Source: an uncultured Chloroflexia bacterium
Lineage (GTDB): Bacteria > Chloroflexota > Limnocylindria > Limnocylindrales > CSP1-4
Length of the DNA: 64,000 nucleotides
Direction of reading: 5' to 3'
Assembly (NCBI GenBank): GCA_963833285.1
Contig: CAWHXM010000005.1
Span: 675,448-739,447, forward strand
Shown: piece after piece, positions 56,133 through 64,000 of the stretch
Numbering within the stretch: position 1 is the stretch's first letter
Layout of the letters: each line of letters begins with the position of its first letter
Made by a program: the position numbers and the translations under genes
The notes under the pieces: model-generated
The model's input: the letters and a program-made list of their open reading frames with translations, nothing else
The model's database searches: none
Told to the model about the DNA's origin: nothing

Positions 56133-56816
56133 ATGGTCTGGACGATGTCAATCGACATGACAGCCACCCCACCCCCGCACTTGACCGCCACGTCGTACCT
56201 CGTGCTCGGCCTGATCGAGCGCGAGGGTCCATCCACGCCGTATGAGCTCAAGCGTCACGTGGCGGCGACCATCGGCCATTTCTGGTCGTTCCCTCATGCC
56301 CTCCTGTACACGGAGCCGCCGCGCCTCGTCAAGTTGGGCCTGTTGACAGAAGAGCGCGAGGCGGATGGACGGCGGCGGCGGCTCTTCACGATCACCGACC
56401 TGGGCCGCGCGGCGATCCAGGCCTGGCTTGCAAAGCCCGCGCAGGAACCGACCGAGCTGCGCGATGCCGGCCTCCTCCAGCTGTTTTTCGCGGATCTGGG
56501 GTCAACCGACGACCGCCAGGCCATTGCGCGTGCCCAGCTGGCGATCCATCGCGCTGCGCTCGGCCGCTATGAGGACGACCGCCTGGCCGAGCGAGGGGTC
56601 GACGGTTCAGATCCGGCGGCGCGCACGGTCGAGCACTGGCGAGGCGTGACCCTGCCCATGGGCCTCCTCTACGAGCGGGCCGCTGTCGAGTTCTGGGAAG
56701 GCGTCGCCGGTCGCATTCGGGTCGATGCGGCGGCCAGCGACATCTTGCGCGCGAAGGTTGGCCCCGAACCCATCGAGTCGACCGAAGGCGGGCAAAACGT
56801 GCCCCGCGAGGATTAG
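56133..56816 (+). CDS. PadR family transcriptional regulator
   Basis: SYLVLGLIEREGPSTPYELKRHV...LVKLGLLTEERE...RRLFTITDLGRAA. Alternative ATGs at 56145 and 56157. ATGTC-AATC-GACAT (56145-56158) overlaps them. Confidence 0.85.
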   Translation: MVWTMSIDMTATPPPHLTATSYLVLGLIEREGPSTPYELKRHVAATIGHFWSFPHALLYTEPPRLVKLGLLTEEREADGRRRRLFTITDLGRAAIQAWLAKPAQEPTELRDAGLLQLFFADLGSTDDRQAIARAQLAIHRAALGRYEDDRLAERGVDGSDPAARTVEHWRGVTLPMGLLYERAAVEFWEGVAGRIRVDAAASDILRAKVGPEPIESTEGGQNVPRED

Positions 56817-56921
56817 GCGGTTGGCGACAGCGGACAACCTGGGCGAGGCCATGGTGGGTGTCGACATCTAAAGAGTCGCGACACAATCGCCTGATGGTGT
56901 GGCCTGTGCGAGACTCGCCAC

Positions 56922-57629
56922 GTGGCCCGTTTCACCTATGACCCGGCCATCGTCGAGCGCTATCCAGCGCTTGTCGGTGGCGTCATTCGCGCGACAGGAG
57001 TCCGTAACCCTTCGACTCCGCCAAGTCTCGCCGCAGCGTTCCACGAAGAGACCGACAGGGCTCGCCAGAGGATCGGCGAGACGCCGCTGAGTGAGCTGCC
57101 CACGCTGGCGGCCTGGCGCAAGGTGTTCCGCGGGTTCGGGGTCGATCCGACCCAGTATCGCTCCGCCGCCGAAGCGCTCCTGCGGCGCCTAGTGAAGCAG
57201 GGTGAGGTCCCCTCCATCGGGACGCTCGTGGATCTCGCCAACCTCGTCAGCATCCGGTACGCCCTACCGGTCGCGGTCTTCGATCAGCGAGGGGTTGCTG
57301 GCGGCACGGTCGTTCGGTTCGCCCTGGGTGACGAGGACTGGGCCGATCTCGGCTCGAGCCGGCGAGAGCAGCCGGAACCCGGCGAAGTGATCTTTGTCGA
57401 CGAAGCGGGCGTCGTCAGCGCGCGCCGGTGGTGCTGGCGGCAGAGCGCCGGGAGTGCCGCGCGTGAGGACACCACCGACATCGTTGTTACGGTCGAGGCC
57501 CATCATGCGACGGCCGAACGCGATGTCACGCGGGCGCTCGCCGACCTGGAATCACTCATCGTCGAGCACGCGGGAGTGGCTGGTCTTCGGAGCGCTGTCC
57601 TGAGCGGGAAGGAGTCGTCCTTTGACTGA
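56922..57629 (+). CDS. B3/B4 tRNA-binding domain-containing protein (stand-alone PheT B3_4-like)
   Basis: WRKVFRGFGVDPTQYRSAAEALLRRLVKQGEVPSIGTLVDLANLVSIRYALPVAVFD. GTG start. Confidence 0.7.
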   Translation: MARFTYDPAIVERYPALVGGVIRATGVRNPSTPPSLAAAFHEETDRARQRIGETPLSELPTLAAWRKVFRGFGVDPTQYRSAAEALLRRLVKQGEVPSIGTLVDLANLVSIRYALPVAVFDQRGVAGGTVVRFALGDEDWADLGSSRREQPEPGEVIFVDEAGVVSARRWCWRQSAGSAAREDTTDIVVTVEAHHATAERDVTRALADLESLIVEHAGVAGLRSAVLSGKESSFD

Positions 57630-57778
57630 GGGTGAGCAGGTCGTCCAACCACCCATCTTCCGGCGGCCGGCGCTGGTAGAGCTCGACTTGATCGGCCGCA
57701 TGTCGGGGCGCGCATCTCGACCGCGACCGGCGCGCCATGCTTCCGACGACGGCCCGACCCCCGCTCGATGGTGGTGCG

Positions 57779-58213
57779 TCAGGCCTCTCGTGAGCCACTC
57801 GGCCTGGGGTTGAAGATCCCGAGCTGAACGAGCAGTCCGAGCTGGTCCGGTACGCCCCAGTGTGCGGCGAGCTTGCCATCACGGAACCGTAGCTCGTCGA
57901 ACACGGTGATCTCGGTCCGGCGTCCAGTCGGAGGGTGACCGAAGACGCTGCCGGTGTTCACGCCGGTGCCGCGACAACGGATCCACACCGTGTCGTCCGT
58001 GGTCGCCATGTCCTCGATCGTCAGCTCGAAGTCGCTGAACCATCGATGCAGGGTCCGGATCGTCTCCTTGGTGCCCTCCGGGCCCGGGCGAAGACCACGC
58101 TGGTGCTCCTCCATGTCGTCCGCGACCAGCTCGTCACAGACCTCGAGCCGACCGTTGGTGAAGCCATCCTGGATGAGGCGGCGGGTGGCGGCGATGTTGT
58201 CGGCGACGCTCAT
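57779..58213 (-). CDS. SnoaL-like ester cyclase family protein
   Basis: NIAATRRLIQDGFTNGRLEVCDELVADDMEEH...TEITVFDELRFRDGKLAAHWGVPD. The ATG lies after GAAAGGAG. Confidence 0.7.
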   Translation of the reverse strand: MSVADNIAATRRLIQDGFTNGRLEVCDELVADDMEEHQRGLRPGPEGTKETIRTLHRWFSDFELTIEDMATTDDTVWIRCRGTGVNTGSVFGHPPTGRRTEITVFDELRFRDGKLAAHWGVPDQLGLLVQLGIFNPRPSGSREA

Positions 58214-58229
58214 GGGACGCTCCTTTCGG

Positions 58230-58244
58230 TAGAGTGGCACTCTA
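58230..58244. promoter_or_regulatory. Perfect 7-1-7 palindrome TAGAGTG-G-CACTCTA, a candidate TetR operator, with an imperfect second site GGAGTtgtACTCT at 58251-58263
   Basis: Read directly. It lies in the 56-bp gap between the divergent cyclase-like gene and TetR gene. Confidence 0.45.
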
Positions 58245-58269
58245 TTCAGTGGAGTTGTACTCTAACCAG

Positions 58270-58902
58270 ATGCGAACTGTCAAGAGTCGGCCCGGGACGG
58301 TCCGTGCCGAGCGCGCCGGATTGACGCGGCAGGCGATCAAGGAGGCCGCCCGCCGAAGCTTTCACTCATCGGGCTATGCAGCCACGACGCTGCGCCAGAT
58401 CGCGGACGAAGCTGGGGTCGCCGTCCAGACGGTGTACGCGGCGTTCGGCTCAAAGGCGAATATCCTCCGCGCCTTGCGGCTGGACGTGATCGGTGACGAG
58501 GATGCCGACGCTGAGTGGGGTCACGCCCTCGTAGCAGCCGACAACGAGGCGGCGATCGACGCGTTCGCCCGCTCGATCCGGCTTCGCTGGGAGCATGGTG
58601 CGGACGTCGTCGCCATCAATCGCGAGGCCGCCCGGACAGATGTGCAGGTACGGGCGGAGGTGGAGGTTGCCGATCTGATCCGCCGCACAGGGATCGCTGA
58701 GGTGGCAGCGGCGCTCGTCGCGCGCGACGCGGAGCTTGGGCCGGTCACGCGCGTTGCTGCGCAACTTGAGGCGCTCACCGTGACAACGGTCTACGAGGTC
58801 CTCACCAACGTGCACGGCTGGGCGCCGGAAACGTATGAGCGCTGGCTCGCCGGGGCTCTGGCAGACGCCATTGCCCGGTGTAGACCCGGCGGCCGTCGAT
58901 AG
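58270..58902 (+). CDS. TetR/AcrR family transcriptional regulator
   Basis: TRQAIKEAARRSFHSSGYAATTLRQIADEAGVAVQTVYAAFGSKANIL. Confidence 0.85.
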   Translation: MRTVKSRPGTVRAERAGLTRQAIKEAARRSFHSSGYAATTLRQIADEAGVAVQTVYAAFGSKANILRALRLDVIGDEDADAEWGHALVAADNEAAIDAFARSIRLRWEHGADVVAINREAARTDVQVRAEVEVADLIRRTGIAEVAAALVARDAELGPVTRVAAQLEALTVTTVYEVLTNVHGWAPETYERWLAGALADAIARCRPGGRR

Positions 58903-59233
58903 CCGAGTGCCCGCACCCAGAACGAGAAGAGCGGCCGGAGCCAACTCCTTGCCGGAACGGCATCGCGACCCAGTCCTCGGGGATCGAGCCGAGCGATGAC
59001 GCACAGGAACAGGGAGCGCTTTTCTGCAACATGCTCGCCGAGCTTTGACAGAGCGCGACCGACAGACTCGAAGCGACCGCGGGATCCAGCCCGAAGTCGG
59101 CGGAGGCGCCATCCGCCGCCAGGACCGCGAATGGGTGCCAACCCGCGACCACGTGAATCGCGCCGTCAGGTGTGAGCGTGGTCTCGACATCGTCGAGCTG
59201 CCCGACGGCATACACGGGAAGGTCGCGCAGGGC

Positions 59234-59716
59234 TCATCGGCCGGCCGCGGCCAGGATCGCAGCCAGATCGGCGAGGTGGTCCTCATAGTGGGCCGTCGTC
59301 TCGGCGCGGAAGAATCGCTGGTGTTCGCTGTGCTTGAGCCATCGGCTCTCGGGTACGACCGTGAGATAGCCGCGGAGCTCACCCGGGAGGGCAGCGAAGC
59401 GGTCGCGCAGCTCCTCCATCGACAGCGCCGCCCAGGTCGCGTCGATCTCGGCGTTGACGACCTCGCCGCCACGCGCACCCCAGTCGGCGTCGGCGCGTTC
59501 CTTGGCCGGGCTCGTCTCGTTGACCGCAAGCTCGGTCGCGACCGCCAGCGCGACCTCATGCCCCGACAGCAGGTGTCCCATCAGTTGTCTGCCGGTCCAG
59601 CCATGCGCGGCCTCGACCGGGACGGTCAGTTGTTCGTCGGTCAGGTCAGCGAGGGCCTCGAACGGACGCCACGCGTCGCGCTCCTCGTCGAGGAATTCGA
59701 GTGCGTCGAGGTACAT
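59234..59716 (-). CDS. DinB/mycothiol-dependent maleylpyruvate-isomerase-like family protein
   Basis: MYLDALEFLDEERDAWRPFEAL...WTGRQLMGHLLSGHEVAL...HYEDHLADL. It has the four-helix DinB pattern with conserved His residues. Confidence 0.6.
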   Translation of the reverse strand: MYLDALEFLDEERDAWRPFEALADLTDEQLTVPVEAAHGWTGRQLMGHLLSGHEVALAVATELAVNETSPAKERADADWGARGGEVVNAEIDATWAALSMEELRDRFAALPGELRGYLTVVPESRWLKHSEHQRFFRAETTAHYEDHLADLAAILAAAGR

Positions 59717-59771
59717 CCCGAGATGGTACGCGGTCGTTGCGGCCCGAGGGTTCGGCTGGCGCGCCCCGCTC

Positions 59772-59805
59772 CACCACTCGCCCTCCGACACCACTCGCCC
59801 TCCGC
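59772..59805. repeat. Tandem duplication of a 17-bp unit (caccactcgccctccga x2, 16 of 17 identical)
   Basis: Read directly in the DinB-like/TetR divergent intergenic region. Confidence 0.7.
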
Positions 59806-59843
59806 CTTGACGGGCTCCCGGGCCAGGCGTAGGCTTCCCGATG

Positions 59844-59868
59844 AACGGACCGACGGTCGGTTTGTTCA
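59844..59868. promoter_or_regulatory. Imperfect 12-1-12 palindrome GAACGGACCGAC-G-GTCGGTTTGTTC, a candidate TetR operator
   Basis: 10 of 12 arm positions pair. It ends 4 nt before the TetR ATG at 59873. Confidence 0.35.
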
Positions 59869-59872
59869 TGGA

Positions 59873-60563
59873 ATGACGATGCCTCGAACGTTGAATCCCG
59901 TCGCCCACGCGATCAAGCGTGACGCCTTCCTCGACGTGGCGGAGCGCCTCATCCGGACGCAGGGCTACGAGCAGATGACCGTCCAGGACGTGCTGGACGA
60001 GCTGGACGCCTCGAAGGGCGCCTTCTACCACTACTTCGATTCGAAGGAGGCCCTGCTCGAGGCCGTCATCGAGCGCATGGTGGATGTCGGCGTGGCTCTG
60101 GTCGAACCTATCGCGGCCGACCGGGACCTCTCGGCGGCGGACAAGCTCCAGGCGGTCTTCTCGACGGCCGGCCGGTGGAAGACCGAGCGGAGCGACCTCC
60201 TCCTGAACCTCATGCGCTCCTGGTATTCGGACGAGAACGACCTCGTCCGCCTCCGGGTCGCCCGCCTCGCGGCCGCTCGAATCACCCCGATCCTGGCTCG
60301 AGATCGTGCGACAGGGCACGGCCGAGGGCAGTTTCGACCCGACCTCGCCTGATCATGCGGCCGCGATCCTCATGGCCCTTTTCAACGGCTCGAGCGACTC
60401 CCTCGGCGAGCTCGTCCTGGACCGCCAGGACGGCCGGATCCCGTTCGAGGAGGTCGAGCGGTTCATGGCCGCCTACAGCGAGGCCGTCGAGCGGGTGCTC
60501 GGGCTGCCCGCCGGTTCGTTCGAGCTCATCGACGCAGCGTCCATGCGCGTCTGGTTCGACTGA
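59873..60563 (+). pseudogene. TetR family regulator with one +1 frameshift near 60298
   Basis: The HTH part (RDAFLDVAERLIRTQGYEQMTVQDVLDELDASKGAFYHYFDSKEALL...ITPILA) is in ORF 59045..60352. The C-terminal part (VRQGTAEGSFDPTSPDHAAAILMALFNG...) is in ORF 60306..60563. Deleting the C in GCT-C-GAG gives ...ILAEIVRQGTAEGSF. Confidence 0.7.
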
Positions 60564-60575
60564 GAAGGAGTCTCC

Positions 60576-61479
<904 letters not shown>

Positions 61480-61490
<11 letters not shown>

Positions 61491-63162
61491 CGCCGGAACG
61501 CCGCGCCGGCCCGTCGCGGCGACCTTCCCCCCGATCCCACTCCGCCGCCGCCTCTACGGCTTCGGGAGCATCTACGGCAAGACGATCCGCGACTCGCGGC
61601 TCGCGTTCATCATCGCGGCCGGGCTGCTCGGCGCGTTGCCGCTCGTCTTCGGCACCGCGATCGGGACGGTCTTCCCGACCTCGGAGGCGCGAACCGATAT
61701 TAGCGGCCTGATCGGCGCGATGCCCGCGTCGATGGTCAACCTCTTCGGGAAGCCCGTGGAGCTTGGCACGCTCGGCGGGTACATGAGCTGGAAGTACGGC
61801 GCGATCTTCGCCCTTGGCACCGCGCTCTGGTCGATCATGGCCCTGTCGGGGACCCTCGCCGCGGAGGCGCGGCGGGGCAGCCTCGACTTCGTCGCCGTCA
61901 CCGCGTTCGGCAAGCAGCGGATCGCCTTCGAGAAGGTCGCCGCCCATGTGACCGTGCTCGCGCTCGCCATGGTGATCCTCGCGGTGTCGTGCGCGGTGGG
62001 CTCGACGTTCGGCGACGCCTCGCTCGGAGACACCATCTCGCTCCTGTCGGGCGCGGCCTTCGCCCTGTGGGTCGGCTTCATCGCGCTCTTCTTCGGCGGC
62101 ATGGCCTTCGCCCTTTCGCCGCTCCTCGGCCGCGCCGGCAGCGCCGGCGTCGCCGCGATCGCGATGATGGTCTTCTGGGTCGCCAATGGCCTGGACGCCC
62201 TCGGCCCCATCGCGTCGCTGAGCCCCTTCCGTTGGACGGCCGACCATATCGGCCTCGTCGGACAGTACGACTGGGCCCCTCTCGCGCTGGTCGGGATCGT
62301 CGCGTTCGTCTTCGTGGCCATCGGGATCGGGCTGTTCGCGCGACGCGATCTCGGCGTCACGTCCGGACTCTCGCTGCCCGGCCTGCCGGCCTCGATCCTC
62401 GGCGTCCACGGACCGATCGCGCGGGCCTTCGGGGACGAGCTGCCGCGGGCATTGTCGTGGGGCATCGGCCTGGGCCTCTTCGGAGCCGTCCTCGGATCGC
62501 TCGTCGGTCCGTTCGCGGACCAGGTCGCGAAGGCCCCGGAGCTGATCAAGACCTTCGGCTCGATCTTCCCCGGCATCGACTTCACCACCGCCGGAGGCTG
62601 GCTCCAGCTCTATGCCGAGCTGTTCTTCATCGCCGCCGGGTTCGCGGGGGCGACGTTCGTCGCGAAGTGGGCCTCGGACGAGAACGAGGGTCGCCTCGAG
62701 GAGCTCCTCGCGGTCCCCCTGTCGCGGCGTCGTTGGGTGCTGGCGGGTGGCGCGGCGGCCATCCTGGCCACCGTCTTGATGACGGTGATGTTCGCGCTCG
62801 GCACGGGTCTCGGCGCAGGCGTCGGAGGCGGGACCGCGGGGGACGCGACGCTCGGCTCGGTGTCCCTCGGCCTGTACGCCGCCGCGATCGTCGGTGTCGG
62901 GTTCGCCGTCGGCGGCCTGTGGCGCGCCTCGCTCGCTGCCGAGATCGCCGCCCTCGTCGTCGTGGCCACCTACCTGATCGACCTCGTGGCGCCAGCGCTC
63001 GGCCTGCCCGACTGGTTCCACCAGCTCGCTCTGACGGCGCACTTCGGCCAGCCGATGATCGGCCGGTGGGACCCCGTCGGGGTCGTCGCCAGCCTCGCCA
63101 TCGCCGCCGCCGGCATCATCCTCGGCGCGTGGGGGATGAACCGACGGGACGTGAGCCGCTGA
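61480..63162 (+). CDS. ABC exporter permease, about 12 TM (ABC-2 type, duplicated)
   Basis: 560 aa, highly hydrophobic. It overlaps the end of the ATPase gene by 11 nt. Confidence 0.75.
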
Positions 63163-63507
63163 AGGAGACGCGCGGGGGGGTGGGACGCTGCGCCGCCGTC
63201 GGTCAGGTTGAACTCGACCGGGGCCTCGGCGAGAGATTCCGCTGCCCCGGTAACTTTCGTTCGAACTGGCGCCCCCGGAGCGCTCGTGAGCTCCCAGGCG
63301 ATCGACGTAGCCCACTCTTGGATGGGCGGACCCGTCGCGATGGTCGAGCGGCGGGCGTACGAGCTGAGTTCGGACGCGATCGGTCTCGGACTCGACGCGG
63401 CGCTGCCGCACGTCATGGAACTCAAAGGGAAAGTCGCTGAGTTTGGTCGGGGCACAACGGGCTGCAAGTCGTCGAACTCGCGCGGGCTCCGGCTCATTGC
63501 CCTAAGA

Positions 63508-63524
63508 TGACTGACAGTCAGTCA
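63508..63524. promoter_or_regulatory. Perfect 8-1-8 palindrome TGACTGAC-A-GTCAGTCA (plus one extra GTCA), a candidate TetR operator
   Basis: Read directly, 21 nt upstream of the TetR ATG at 63545. Confidence 0.45.
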
Positions 63525-63544
63525 GTCACGTCTCTTGGGGATCG

Positions 63545-64000
63545 ATGACCGCCATCGCAACGAGGGCAGCTCAGCGCCGCGAGTCTCGCCGGGGAGCGCT
63601 GGTCGACGCGGCCTTCGGCGTCTTCATGGACAAGGGCGTCGCCGCCTCGTCGGTGGACGACATCGTCGAGGTGGCAGGCGTCGCGAAGGGCACCTTCTAC
63701 CTGTACTTCAAGACCAAGGACGACGCGGTCAACGCGGTCGCCGAGCGCGTCGTCGATGGCGTCGTGCAGGTCTTCGAGACGGCCGCCGCCATACCGGGTC
63801 TCTCCCCCGTCGAGCGCCTGCTCGCGCTCGGGCGATCCGTCGATCAGGTCGGCACCGAATCGAATGAGCGCGAGCTCATCGAGGTCTACCATCGGCCGGA
63901 GAACCGCGCGATCCACGACCGGCTCGCGGAGCGAATCCTCGTTCGCGCCATCGCCACGGTCGAGTCGATCGTCTCCGACGGCATCGCCGAGGGGCAGTTC
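63545..64000 (+). CDS. TetR/AcrR family transcriptional regulator; the 3' end lies outside the window
   Basis: RRGALVDAAFGVFMDKGVAASSVDDIVEVAGVAKGTFYLYFKTKDDAV. The frame is still open at the window end. Confidence 0.8.
   Translation, partial: MTAIATRAAQRRESRRGALVDAAFGVFMDKGVAASSVDDIVEVAGVAKGTFYLYFKTKDDAVNAVAERVVDGVVQVFETAAAIPGLSPVERLLALGRSVDQVGTESNERELIEVYHRPENRAIHDRLAERILVRAIATVESIVSDGIAEGQF

Overview
High-GC (about 68-70%) Actinomycetota-like chromosomal segment, densely coding, with about 65 genes or gene remnants. No rRNA, tRNA, CRISPR array, transposase or integrase was recognised.

Core-like content, 0-38 kb:
- GMC oxidoreductase and a DosR-like Usp / GAF-kinase / NarL module.
- An ArsR-SRPBCC operon.
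- An AmmeMemoRadiSam locus in which the AMMECR1 gene is intact, but the divergent radical-SAM and Memo genes are split over all three frames by many apparent +1 insertions.
- DUF2252, and a TetR-controlled ABC-2 exporter with a perfect 9-4-9 palindrome.
- Two LLM-type (F420-like) oxidoreductases and a class III cyclase.
- A carbohydrate block: ROK kinase, GH4, two Gfo/Idh/MocA genes, a UxuA-like gene, a 1497-aa GH38 mannosidase, an epimerase, a CUT1-type ABC importer and LacI.

Accessory and rearranged content, 38-53.6 kb:
- An orphan PNP_UDP-fold protein, divergent from an EXLDI-family gene plus a DrrAB-like exporter.
- Three exported proteins: a BNR propeller, a lipoprotein with a C-terminal Hint domain, and a SIMPL-like protein.
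- A patch of gene remnants: a LuxR HTH only, the C-terminal half of a YchN/DsrE protein, and a degraded Hint paralogue.
- A lower-GC 4.7-kb segment bracketed by 43-bp direct repeats exactly 4,700 bp apart.

The most unusual object lies in that 4.7-kb segment. It is a 913-aa M36 (fungalysin-like) metalloprotease with no signal peptide and six copies of a 48-aa Cys3-His repeat (WRWCxKCQGLFF...) that I cannot assign to a named domain. An orphan Flp pilin gene follows it.

The window ends with groES-groEL, PadR, a B3/4-domain protein, and TetR-flanked DinB-like and ABC exporter genes.

Caveat: every frame disruption I could reconstruct is a single-base insertion. Local consensus error is therefore a serious alternative to true pseudogenisation.
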